64,000 bases of DNA from Paraspadella gotoi (taxonomy: Eukaryota > Animalia > Chaetognatha), in NCBI GenBank assembly GCA_051294375.1, contig CM119264.1:23247955-23311954 (forward strand), in the 5' to 3' direction. A model generated the notes under the pieces. It searched no databases, was not told the origin of the DNA, and saw only the letters and a list, made by a program, of their open reading frames with translations. Within the stretch, counting starts at the first letter, position 1; each line of letters begins with the position of its first letter. The position numbers were made by a program, and so were the translations under genes. Positions 33,221 through 46,965 of the stretch are shown here, in pieces.

Positions 33221-36200
33221 AAAATGTAGATTAAAAATTGCCTAGGTAATTTATAATCAAGTAAATTTTTGCGACTTTTAATCTTATCATAAGCCACATT
33301 TAATAATTTGTTTAGGATGCCTGAACTGGGAAAAACCCACAAGACCGACACAAATGCGCGTAATATTACTTAAATTATGTGGCCAAAATAAAATAGTAAT
33401 GCAACGTGACATTTAACCCACCAATATTTAAATAGCTCAAGTGTTTTAACAGGGGAGGGAGCTTTCCGTAAACCCCAAAACCTTTAACCAACGATCCTAT
33501 GTGAGCTTTTGTTAAACCAAGATTTTAGCCCCCCATATCCTCCAGAAGGGAGGATAAGGCTGTATGCTAAACCCGTCCCGGAAACAACTTCAAAAAAGAT
33601 ATAAAACAATCCTCAAAATATCTCCCCCGCCGGGACCCCACGGACCACCAAGGCTGCCCACAAACACATAGTGAGAGCGCGGGCTGTTTTGTTAGTGGCA
33701 CCGCCGCCCTCACACTGCTACGCTGCTGCGCGGACTCCCAGTCGCGCCCTTGTCCACACGAACCTTTTCAACCCCGACCTCCGGAAGGAACCATTACCCT
33801 AAATGGGCGACGAGACGGAAGACTAAGAAGCCGACATACGTCAAACCACTGGGCGTCAGATAAGATGCTCAGACTTCAATTCCAGGAGTCGAAAGCCGAG
33901 GGAGGGGCAAAGCGCCGTCCACGGGCCCCCAAAAGGGGGGGGCTGCCGACTCCGCCAGCCCATCAAGAACGCACTGCCAGGGGCCACTACAACCCCGGCG
34001 CTTGAACGTCCTTTCTCCAAATCATGTTCACCTTCGCGGGTGCAGCACTAAAACCGCCTCCAGGACTTCCTCATGCAAAACCTTGCCCCACCAACGCAAG
34101 ATCCGGATCTAAGGTGACCGCCAAAAGTTTGTCAAAGAACTTCCGGAAAAGACGCAATCGCTAAACAAAGCGGAAGCCGAAGCTGCAAATCGCCCTGGCG
34201 CCGCGACGCCTTAACACAAGAAAAGCCGAGGCCTTCTTTTCTGTCCCCTTGTCCCCGATTGGCCCGCCGCCGCGGTAACCGGAAACCCCTGGGGAAGGGG
34301 ACCCCCCCCCCCTTGCTGAACAGGAGCAGGTTGTCCTCCGCGACCCATGGTGCAGAGGCGCTACTATACAAGTGCCGGAACAACGTTCGGACCACCACAG
34401 CGGCAATCGCTAACATATCGCGGACTCCGAGCGGCCAATGTTGGGCGCCGGCTCCCGCGGCCGACCGAACGCAAAGCGCAGGCAAGAGAAATACCAAAGC
34501 CGGGGGCTGAACGCCTCGTCCGACCCCTCGCAATCCGGAACGCGCAACCCAAAGACCTTTTTTCCACTGGTGGAGGCTTGTATCTTGAAGCCTTTGGAAA
34601 AATTCAAGATTGTTCCCGCTTTAAACTTGGGAGAAAACTCGACAAGGACGGGTCTTCAAACTGGAAAAAAAGGGAGGAAAACAAAGAACGAAGCCGACAA
34701 ATACCCGCGACGGTCCCGTATTGAAAAACCCTTATGCAAATGAGGCAATAATAAATAAACAAATATTTTTTCTTTTTTCCAATAAAAAATTTTCAAAAAA
34801 TCGCGAATCTTTCCAAAAATAAAAACAAGCCCGAGGAATGACGTCGATAAAAACCGAAACGCGAATAAATCGGCATAAACGATTACAACTGTAAACGCCA
34901 AAATCTCAAATTTTTGAACTTACTACAAAATGTGAAATCCGTACATAAAAAATTAGACAAATGAAGAAGAATTCGAAAATTTCATTTTTACTGTCAAAAT
35001 TGAAACAAAAATTTCGAGTAGGGGGTTGCACTTCGAAATCGAAACAAATAAATAAATAAATTAACATATTTTTTTAAAACCCTACTTCAAGTCACTGAAA
35101 TAATAAATAAATTCTTAAAATAAAGTACTAACCAAAAACAAACAGTTTTCCTGAAGAACATTGTCTTAAACAGTAAATAATAATCAAAAAATTCAAATCT
35201 GAAAAAATAATTTAATCAGAATTTTCAGGTTAGGTACAGTCTATAGGGGAAATTCATTCGGCGAAGCAAAAAATAAGCATCTGGGAAAAACCGAAATTTC
35301 TTTTTTGGCCGAAGCCTTCTGTAAAAATAATTTCGGTTATGCCATAGCAAATAAAATGAAAAAATATAACCAACCAAGAAGGTAAGTTTCTTTGAGGTGA
35401 GGTATTCGTATTTATTTAACTTTCCCAAACTCAATATCAAACGATGAATTTTTAAAATCGATTGCGATCGAAATTTTCATTCGGCCGCACCGAAACGCGC
35501 GCCGCCCGTAGAGTCGTTGCTAGGCACCCTTTCTGGTAAACGAAGGGCCTCCACAGGCTCGTCAACCTTGGTTTCCGTCCTACAAGAAGAGCGAGTGGCC
35601 GACCTTGGATCCAATGTGGAAAGAAATGTTCCCGTCTGACGTTAAAGGATGATATTCTTCGGCGTCGAGGCCGAGATGATGGAATTGCTGCATGAATCGG
35701 ATGCCTTCGCTCGGAGGACAGCGTTTGAAGCGTCTTTCCCCCCAGCGTCGACGAAGGAGACACCCTCCGAAGAGGCGAGAAGATTCTCCAGTCATCCGTC
35801 CGATGTCGACGACAGATAAACATGAGAAAAAAGTCATCTTATAAACCGAATATTTTTCTACATTTAGCGAAAGAGGCAATTTCGCTGTCGAATTGAATAT
35901 CGAAGAGAGACTCGAAGGCATGCTTCTGGCCGCAGATTCAAATCGTGAAAACTACAAAAAGTTTATAACACTCAGCGACGAAATCAGCAATGACGATCCA
36001 GCATCGCACGAGGCAAACGAAACATGGGCGGAGAACGGGACACAATCCGAAAGAGGACGGAGCCACCCGCACAACCGGAGACGAGACCCGGATGTTCTTT
36101 GGTTACCATGGAGACTAGACGCCTCCGATTTGGCCAACGTCGATCCCCAATATCCAAAGGAGTATCAGCCCGCATCCAATGGAACTAATTCCATACACCA

Positions 36201-36439
36201 ATTTTCCGTGAAATATATATATAATATAATATATACATATTCGTGCTTACCAGACGATCTGAATTTAAGATAATTCGATTTTGAAAAACGAGAAAAAAAC
36301 GCGATTTTTTTTTAACCCGAATTTACTATATTTTGGGAAAGCGAAAATCGCCAGAAAAAATAAGAATTTAAAAACTGAAACTTATCTCGAACGGTGAGAC
36401 GAATTAGGCGACAATGTTGGATAATAATTTTACTCAAAG

Positions 36440-39400
36440 ACTAAAACTTTGAACGCACGTAAATAACGACGCCAGGCAGGCATCTCGGAGGCATCCAGAA
36501 GAAAGAACCATCTCCGCGTCTTTCTGTAAGGCCTGATCGCGATCCAGAGATAACAATCTCGATGGAAGTAACATTACATTGCATCCCAGTCACCTGGCCA
36601 CGTTAAAACGTATCGTCGACCGATTTCGCTCCAACAGCGAAGCCGACCCTGCACGTTGAAGACACGCTTCGCTGATGGGCCGGAAAATATCGGCGTCGAA
36701 ATGTCGCCGAAACTCACGCTGAGCTAGCACGTTGTCGACATCGATTACGAAGTCAGGTTTGTCAAATGAATTTCCGCGGCGCTTCAAACGACCCCCTTGG
36801 CCGTTGATATATCGTCGACGGTCCCACATCTTTGTAAGAGAGGAAACTTTACTACCCGCGGCAAATTCGATTCTCGGTCTCCACGAGATGAAATAAAAAA
36901 GAGAGAATTTTCTCTGCGCTGGCCGATGGCGTCCGTCCACCCCCACACGCAAGACAGTCGACGGGAAGGCATCCTCCATATCCTGATGGAACGGCGTCGT
37001 CAACGAACGAAATCTTCAATTTACCAACCTTTGTCTAGGGAGATAGTACCTCAGAAGCCGAGAATAAATATTTTTAAACGAGACTAACTGAATTTTCAAT
37101 CACTTTGTAAAAAATGGAATATTTTTAAAACAAAACGCAAATATCTCCATAATCCAAATAATACAAAGCTGAACACTGTCGTTGCTCAGAACGACGATCG
37201 CGATTGGCGCCGCAAGGGCAGAACGCGCCTCTGCCGACCGACTAAACAGCAAAGTCCCCACATAGCCTTTCCGCACGGCGCGGTCCTGACCATTCTGGCG
37301 GCGGCGTCCAAGACTAGATTTTTCCCGTGCTCTTCGATTTGCGAATGCGTGAAGATACTTTCCCGAAAATCCCGCAATCTCGACGGGGCTCATCGTCTAG
37401 TGGAAGAAGCCCGGGATGATGATTTCGTCCACAAAAGCAGCGCTCCTTTATCGGGCCAGTTTTCCGACACGATGACCACTTCCAAGCAGTTGAAGCAGCG
37501 GGCTTGAGAGACGCACAGTTTTCGACGATCCTGCCGGGCCACAACGTTGAAAACTTTTATCCGCAGCTATGCAAAGAGTTGGGCGTCCTCTTGCAAAAGT
37601 GAGCATGGAAAAAAGTTTCGATCCCCGGCGTGGACGACGACGCCGACTTCTGAAGACGGCGTTCCCGTTGATTGCCAGGAACGGCTGCGGCGGCCACCAG
37701 AAGCCTTCTCTTCTCGATGATTTGACCGCTGAGCGGCGTTGACCCTCGCCGCCATCTTCGCTTTTGCTCGTCGCCGCTGATCCTTTCATTTTTCGCCGGT
37801 GGTCTGACATGAGAACTTCTTGTATGGCAGAAAAACATGAAATCAAAAAAGAAGAGATCGTCGTTCCAATTCATGATTTCTTGTTCTAAAAATAACCACT
37901 TTTTTTCGCCACTTATCCTGAAAGGTGTGGCAAATCCGTTTGGAGAGCAGATCCACCATGGCGGCCGCAACGGTCGAGGGTCCTGCGAGTCGGTCCGTTC
38001 TCCTTCGCCGAGGTCGTACAACCTGCTGCAAAGGTGATCCAAACACCAATCAGACCGCTTGAGTCCTTTTCGATCGAGCTTTGGAACCGCCGAGGAATCT
38101 GGTTCTCATTTCGTCCCGCCGTCGTCCGCTTCATTCCCACTTTCTCTTGGAAGAACGCGAAGGGCGTCAACTGAGAGAGCCCGGTAGCGTCTAGAGATAG
38201 AATACGATCGATGGAACGCTTGGGAAGAACCGCGAACCAGTTGAGGAAGCTTCCCTTCAACTTCATTGGATTCCGTAGCGCCTCCAACCGCGCAGACGCT
38301 ACGGTTAAAACGCGGAAGTACGCTCAAAGTCTAAACGCGACGAAGTCTCGTCGACCTTTGATCTTTGGGGCGCTGGCTGCCTGAAGCATTTGGTAGGCGA
38401 GCGTTTGAGCTTGAACTCTCCAGAAGCCCGTCGCCATCTCAGCGGAAGCGGACGAAAGGCTGCTCCGAACGGCGCCGCTTAGAGGATGACGCCGTTTTGA
38501 TGCCGTTGAATGGCGACAGAGGAAGTATTACCTCAGCTTCAGTCGCGAAACGGTCCTTTCAGTTGACGCCGGCGTTTCGGCGTTCAAACGCCGCAGCGGC
38601 AGGAACGCCGCGGCCCGTGGTAAGGCTCGTGGAACTGGGGGGAGGATTTCACTCCCCTCGTTCCTCGCGCCGCCTCACGAACGCAATCCCATCATTGAAA
38701 GAGGTCCTTATTGCGTCGCGCAAAAACTCCATTGAAACGAACGTGCGGGATTTGAACGAATCAAGCGGCAGGGCGGAAACGCCATGGCTTCCGTTCCAAC
38801 GCCCCACCGCCGTCCTCGCATACCGGTTTCGGTTTCCGGCGGATGACGTTTCCACTGTCGTCCGACGAATTGACGCCGACTTCGTTGAGACGTGAACGGC
38901 GAATTCATGGCAAGTGAAATCGTCAGATCATCGACGGAGATGGAGCTCGAAGAACCGGTTGACGAGCCTGTTGGAGAGAAGGGCTCATGACAGGGGGGGA
39001 GGATGACTGAAGCCACGACCCACTCGCCGTACGCGATGTTGAAATGAAGGCCCGTATGACGTTTGGAAACATGTCTCGTCTCGACTTCGCCAAGAACTCG
39101 TATTACCGCCTCTGCAAATCAACTTCTTCTCTCAATTCTTCCATACTCGTCCTACCTTGCGTTTTTCGGCGGCAGCGGCGGCACACAGTCGTAGTCCGCG
39201 ATTCACGCAACTCCTCTGCAATATTCTATCCCGAGCTCATGAAAGAAATTCGAAAACTGGACTAAAATCCTGCGGCACTTCCATCGACGCCGACCGCCGA
39301 GACGCTTCATCATAATCGAGCCTACCATTTGAATTCTGCGTTGGCGACAAGAATTTGATGATGAATGAAGCTCTGTTCTCATCGTCGTTCCAGAAAATGT

Positions 39401-41000
39401 AAAATTGGCGACGTCGTCCTAGGAGATACCGCAGCAGCGTACTAGCAAATGCTGAGCAAAGCGCCCAGACCCCGGCTTTGCAACTCCTGGGCTAACGCAC
39501 CCCCCATCTTCGTCGTCGATAGTTTGTGCCGATCCATCTGTCAACGCCGAAAATCGGCGTCAAACGGGAAAAATGACGGACGTTGCCGATTCGAAGTCAT
39601 CTTCAAAGAGTCCGGTGGAGGGGAACGGTAATGGTCGGGTTGGACGCAGCGTAGTCCGTCGTCGGAATGTTTTGCCAGCTGAAGGACAGGGTTGGGCCGT
39701 GCAAGTCACCGATTCCTTCTTGCGTCGTCAATCATCCGTGCTGCGGCGGATACGGAAGCGTCCTGTGATCCTATGCCTTTCACCGATGAAATCCAGCCGA
39801 ACAATAGAAATTTTGGCCCGCGAATCGAGCTTGACGGCAATGCCCCGAGGGAGTTGCTAGAGTCACGCGGATTCGAGGAACTCCGACAAAAAGCTCCAAC
39901 GCCCTCGTCATTCCATTACCTCTTTCCATCGTGGAACGAATGATTCTTCACAAAGCTGCCTTTTAGAGTGATCTATCCCGCGTTGGCCTCCCGATGTTTC
40001 TTCGTCGGGGCGGCTTTGGCCGCGATCGTACGCGAAAATCGCGTTGAGCCTCCCACATCCGTACGACGTGGATGAGAGTTGCGTAGGAAGACGTTTGCAT
40101 TCCTGAAGGGGCTTGGCTCGTCGGGACACACACACAGAGCCATGTCGCCGTGAAGAGAGTGGTCGATATCTCGGAATGGCTAAAGTTTGAGAGGAGAGGG
40201 ATATCCAGCCCCGGCCGTCTTGAAGGTCGTCGATGTCGTTCCTCTTTTCGCCGCACGTATGTGTGGCGAGCTGCAATCTTCGTCTTACAAACGAGCGGCG
40301 GAAGTCCACAAAAAGAAAGAACAGGGGTAGGTTCCTTGAAGGCTTTCGGCACTGAGTCACGATGCCCTTTCTCGACGATATTTTGATTTGTTCTGGCAGC
40401 CGCTTAACTTCCTTCCCGTTCCTATTCCGTCGCCGCCGTGGCAACAACTGACGGCCGGTGAAAAGTCCGAAGGAAGGCTTGTACAGAAGTTTCGAGGTGG
40501 CGAAGCCAAAAAACGCGAAGACGAAAGTAGTAAAACAAAGTCGAAACCGTGGACTTCAATATCTCACTGCCAGTTTTCGAGAAGTGAGCGAGCGAGATAT
40601 AGCAAACCGAACACGACCGACGAACGTGGATCCACAGAAATATCGCCACGCTCCAGGAATTTGACGATGACGGTTTTTACGGCCATCCGAGAGTACGGCT
40701 AGTCCCGGACAGGAGCCCCTAAAACTAGCAATCTAAAGCAACGCTCCGAGCGAAGAGCCGCCTGCCAGACAAAATGATGTTCCCCTGATTACGTGCCATC
40801 GTATAGATGCGTTTTCGATAATTAGGAGTGCAAGGTTTGTGCGGAGTTCGCGGATATGGAAACGGTAGACTCGCGTTCCGACGACGACCATCCGCTAATA
40901 AGAATCTCGAGAGACGTCGCAGGTTGGATTCTTCATTTCCACCCGGTGGATGACCGCGAAAACCGTCCGAGCGATCGAGGAGAGATATAGAAGACGCCTA
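36440..41000 (-). CDS. Putative NACHT-domain STAND NTPase (NLR-like), heavily frameshifted in this assembly, possibly with a C-terminal LRR-like region
   Basis: GC-rich coding-like block. Motifs in NACHT order: RLLVLGAP..[noise]..KTVIVKFL (Walker A-like, ~40670-40740); LLENW..FDFVLLLS (~40530-40600); VLFFVD..DE (Walker B-like, ~40280-40325); FRNATIFL..P (sensor 1-like); E..GID..LVESF; LA..TP; TFL..T.E (winged-helix-like); then LRR-like ILSLDATGLSQL and IVENCASLK. Confidence 0.55.
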
Positions 41001-44000
41001 TCGCGAGACGACAATGTCCTTACTACATTCTTGCAAGCTTCACGCTGCTGTCTCCCTGCAATTTACGAGGAGGAGCTGAATCTAATTTTTCTTCAGATTA
41101 ACTCATAGTTTTCCCGGTCAGAACTGTGGTCTGTCTTCAGAATCTCTCACTTACTGACACTGACAGATTCTGCAGCCATTCGGAGACCAGTAGAGTGAGA
41201 GCACTTGGGTATGATAAATTGTTGCGAGCAAGTCCGGGTGAGTCTCTATATGTCTCTTGTGTATACTGTTGAGATGCTGTACGTCAAAATAAGTATATCT
41301 GTATATCGGTACGGATTGTATATGTCATCGACTGTCTCACGAATATTGACTTGTACCGAAAATGTCTTGTAAAAGCTTTGTTAAGTCGTTGAATTGGGAG
41401 TCTGATTAGCTTTGTCTTGATTGTGAAGTTTGTGGATTGTATGATCATCTATGTAAGCTTTGTTAGTCGTTGAAGTGGAGTACTTCAGTATGCGTTGTAT
41501 TGGTAGTAGACGCCGAAAGTATTAGAATATAGTCTGTGGCGTCACGACCAGCCATCCAACATCTGCAAAGTAACACAAACCAGCAGACATATACACTGCT
41601 ATTACCTCACATTTACACACGCTGTCTTTCCTACCTGGTTTCCTGAGTCCATCAATATGCAAATCCAGATAGATGCCTCTCCTCCTGCATGCAGATAAGG
41701 TCCTATCCAATACCCAGCGATCTACTAAATTATAAATACAGCATTCGACGATCTAAGTCCTTGCATCAGGATTGCGTCTCTCTACCCTCACTGCTCCTGA
41801 TATTAAAGTCCTTAACCTACAAACCCTCAGACATCTATTAGAACTGAAGATGCCACCGCTGATAGAATTTATCGATTAACACATCTTACACTCACGAAAC
41901 TCTCACAGAAAACTGGGAGGGGCCACTAAAACTTATCAGAACCCAAGACCGTCTGTCTTCGAGAAATTTTCTCGAGTACACTCTTATATATGAAGATATC
42001 CAAAAGCATAAGAGATTGTCCTATTACCACAGTTGCTGCCCGTTGTTCGAATCTCGCTACGCGAACGGTGTCGCGAGAGTTTCTACTCGATGTCAATGTA
42101 ATAGAGTCATAAGAGCAATCCGGGGAAGAGGCAAGGATAGAGGAGAAGGAGCAGGATAATGATCCTCGCGAAGATGTAAAAGAGATAGAGTATAGTATTC
42201 GTACACACTAGAGTCGAATGTCATCCCGTATACTACAGATAGTAATAAATTAATCAAAATATGATAAAGGAAGAGAGATGATGAAGAGAAGAAAGAAGGA
42301 GAAGATGGAGGAGATGTAGAGAAACACACGACACTGTATAGTAACCACAGAAGTAGACACAGTAAAGAAAGAGCATAGGATGCATGACACAGAGACGATT
42401 ACTTCCCCAGACAGCACACACCACAGACAGAAGGGCCTGGAAAGAAATAATAAAAACAGGACAAATACGTATATTTAAATAATTATGAGGTAGCATCATT
42501 TTATTTTTGTCCCCTGGTCACAGTTTCAGACTGCTAACTAGAGTAGCTTTTGAGGACCAAGAAATCTATCGGCGAAACATTACCGCTGAACGAACAATCA
42601 ATGAACATCTAAGATTTTAATCACGGCGCAACGATGGCATTTCACCAATTCGATGAAGGCGATTTCTTGGGGTTTGAAATCGGAAGGAAGAATGATTGGG
42701 AGTCACATCTATATCACCCGCGCCGACCTGAATAAGTATAGAGAGATTGATTAATGATTAATAAAAGAAATAAATAATACAGAATCACTACAAAATAGGC
42801 TTCATATGTATATTCGCATTGAGTACTGTGTTCCATATGAATATCATCTATAACATAAGATATGGAGAGTCTAGATAGATGCGAGAACATCACAGAGAAA
42901 TGCTGTTCGTTGGAGTCACGGTACATATGTATCTACAGTATATATCTGTTCTTATCTAGAAGCGTCTTATATCTTCTCTATTTATTTACTTAAATCTTTT
43001 CTTTAAATTATTATATTTGGAGAGACACCGTTGTCTTGTAAGAAATTTTACATAAATCTCGAACTATTTCTTACGGGGCATGTATTAGATTATAAGCCTT
43101 CTCTCTCTCTCTGCATTGTGTTCCTAATTAGTTTTTCCATCTCCCGAATATGTGTGTTTTTTTTTTTCTCTCGCGTCTTAATAAATTGAGTCCTATAGTG
43201 TTGTCATATATCGTAGCATATAGAAGTGTCGTGAGATCATTACAGATTCTAGAGACTGCTTTAACACGCAATGGTCGGAATGAAAATGTCTGTGTCGCAC
43301 TATAGTAAAGCACCGAAGAACAACCGAGGAGTGAGAAAACAACAGTGCGATATTATACTTATATTTACAAAAGCACCACTCGCCCCCCCTCTACTCGGAC
43401 GGCTCTCCTATAACTGAACTTCCATTCGTGGAAAGTAGATGCGACCGCCCCCGCTGTTCACTTAGTTTGTATTAATTATGCCGATCGGAGCAGTTCCTGC
43501 ATTCTTCCCGCGATTCGTCCATTTATTCAAAACAGACAAAATTAAGAGAGAATCTCGGAGCTCGGCTTCTTTCTTCTGCTTCACCCCTCCTTCAGTCTTC
43601 TCTCCCTCTCCCCCCTCCCTCACCCTTTCCCCTCGCCCACATCCACCGCCCCTGATCCCCCCAGAGCCGCGAGAACGTAGGGAAAGATCCACGATGACTT
43701 TTGATGTTTCGGAAATTTCCAGATCAACAAGGAGAAATGCACATCTGCCGGTCACGGGGGCACTCCTCGCGAGCGGCCGGCCCGTTAAAGAGGACCTATC
43801 GTATATAATGAGAGGAGGAGTATGGCAGAGAGAGAGCTGAGTACCTAGAAGATACAACGGTAAGCGAGGAGATGAGAAGGGGGCGTTGAAGTCTACCATT
43901 GGTTGAAAAGAGAGTAGAGAGAGGAGCATAGATGTATTGGAATGAGCGTACATAAACCACAGCGCATTGGAGAGAGATGTGACGAGGAGGAGTACTGAAT

Positions 44001-44528
44001 GTATAAAGGAGGCTATGTAAGGATGTTTATGTATATTACAGACGTCGGACGGACATTATTGTTTTTACGCGAGGCGTGGATAGCTATTTGTGCGCGCGTT
44101 TTAGCGACCTCTCTCATATCGCGTCATGTAGATTTGTTGAGAGAGGGTATCTCACGTTATCTGGATGTATATATCGGTTAAGTCGCCGTGTTCCTAGACG
44201 GATCAATTCTATATCTCTATCTGTTTGTGTGCATGTTGATTAATGTTGCGTTTGATATACAATGTGTCTGTCCCGCGCGTCCGATCTAAAGTCCGCAAGA
44301 CAAGTGTTATGGATTCGAGTAGGGGGTAAGGTGCATCTCAGAACTACTACTGACTCCTTTCCACGCCGCAAGGCGGCTCTTGTATCACGCGCACACCCGC
44401 CCCAGTAGCACCAATTTCAAGAGGGCGTTGTTCCGGCGGTAGCAAGCTCTCTTTCACTCTGATTTCCGCGGTTGTAGTCCACTGATCCATGACGGATGCC
44501 CTAACAAAAGTGATACCGGTCCGTCTCT

Positions 44529-44561
<33 letters not shown>

Positions 44562-45295
44562 CTCTCTCTCGTCTCTCTCTCTCTCTCTCTCTTCTCTCTC
44601 TTCTCTCCTCTCTCTCTCTTGCCTTTTCAAATNNNNNNNNNNNNNNNNNNNNNNNNNAGCGCCTCCGCCCCCCCCCTTCTAACCCCCCCTAAATGTCCAT
44701 TGAAGTGCGACGCCCCCGTTTCCACTTAGTTCGTATTATTCATCGTATCTTCCTACTCCCCTCTCACAAAATTATCCCGATCCCTTCTTTCTGCTTCACC
44801 CCCTCCTTCCCAGTCTTCCCCCTCTCCACCCCCTCTCTACCCCTTTCCCTCGCTCACCATCCACCGCCCCCTGTCTCCCCCCAGCGGGAGCTCGAGGTGC
44901 AACGGAGGGCCGGGGCCCGGGGAAGGGCAGGCCGCGATGGAGAACGAGGAAAAGATCCACGATGACTTTTGATGTTCGAAAATTTTCAAATCAAAATGCC
45001 AAATTGCCTCCTCGGAGCCGCCCCGTAACGTTATATGTGAGAGAGAGAGAGAGAGAGGCGCTGGGGAGCAAGAGAGAGAAGAGAGAGAGAGAGAGAGAGA
45101 CAGAGAGAGGAGAGAGAGAGAGGAGAGGAAGAGAGAGAGAGAGAGAGAAAGCGGCGACATTTTTTTTCAGTCTTTTATGTTCCTCCTTTTCTCTTATTTC
45201 CTTATCTTTTTCTAAGCCGTCACACATTCTTGTTCTTTTTTTTCCGCCCTCTCATACTTTTCGCTCGATTCGCAATATTAATTCCGACTTTTTCT

Positions 45296-45339
<44 letters not shown>

Positions 45340-45892
45340 CATCCCTTTTGCATATTTAACGTCCTCGAGTAGAAATCGTTGTTGGTTCCATTTACCCTTT
45401 TACATTTTCTTGCGTCCGAAAGATGAAGACGAATGTGACGCCCTTCGTCACGCGGGGACGCGTCAACCGTCACCGTCGGTCCAAGCGACGAACAACGAGA
45501 ATATCGACGCCGTATTTTTCGGTAGAAACAATTACGGAAAAGTGAAAGAGGCAGTTTTTTTTCGCGATTATTTCAATTTACATTTTATATTTGGATACGT
45601 GTTTATACTTTATATCAAAATTTCTACGTTTATATATTCTTTCCTCAGAAAACTAATTTGTTTTACTTGAATGTATTATTAAATATTATATCACAACGTA
45701 ATCCTTCTTACAATTTCCCCCCTTTTTTTTTCAAATCGCCGGCAGCGAAAGGATCCCGAGTCCGGACCCCCAAAGATGAAGTTTTTTCCCGGTTTTCCTG
45801 TATTATTAAAGAAACGGGGGGAATTTCCGAGCCGACTTCATTAAAATGGTACAGCTGTTAATAGAAAGGCCTTTGTGTTAACGGAGAAAAAA

Positions 45893-45961
<69 letters not shown>

Positions 45962-46896
45962 CTCTCTACACTGGAGGGAAAAAAAGAGCTAAATTCTTGC
46001 GATATATTGTGTTGGTTCACGGATTAGAAGGAAGGCATCAATTTACGAGAAAAAGAGAGAATGTGTTAGTGATTTAAGGAATTATAACGATTGTTCGTTA
46101 TTAAAGGAAAAAGAAGGGAATTTTTTGGTGCGATAGAGACGCTCCCTCAAAAAGTCCGAGTGTGTAAAGAGAAATAATATAAATATAAATAAAATTATAG
46201 TTCATAAATATACAAACTAGCAACTTGAAAGAAATTTTATACATAAAAAAAAATTGAAATAAATACATATTTCAGTTAAGAATTAGGAATTGGAATTAAG
46301 TTCCTTGAGACAGTCACATAATATAATAATATAATACATGTCAGTCTATGAATAAATACATATATAACTAAATTAATTTAATTTTAAAACTAGATTTATA
46401 TTTAACCTTGATAATCAAGAATTTACTATAACAAATCTTAGTGGAAAAAGAAAATACGAAGTCCACCTGGATCTCTAGTTTTCACCCACCAATTGTCTAA
46501 ACGACTTTCAGATTTTAAAAAAGAAGAGAAAAAAGTCTTTAATTCTTCTCCAAACAGAATATCACAAAAGGAACAAGAGAGNNNNNNNNNNNNNNNNNNN
46601 NNNNNNNNNNNNNNNNNNNNNNNNNNNNNNNNNNNNNNNNNNNNNNNNNNNNNNNNNNNNNNNNNNNNNNNNNNNNNNNNNNNNNNNNNNNNNNNNNNNN
46701 NNNNNNNNNNNNNNNNNNNNNNNNNNNNNNNNNNNNNNNNNNNNNNNNNNNNNNNNNNNNNNNNNNNNNNNNNNNNNNNNNNNNNNNNNNNNNNNNNNNN
46801 NNNNNNNNNNNNNNNNNNNNNNNNNNNNNNNNNNNNNNNNNNNNNNNNNNNNNNNNNNNNNNNNNNNNNNNNNNNNNNNNNNNNNNNAACAGAGGA

Positions 46897-46965
<69 letters not shown>

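Noticed and set aside
41000-44480. Unique intergenic sequence with small ORFs
   Set aside because: Scrambled texture; 43380-43830 is a noisy copy of 44657-45050; nothing can be supported
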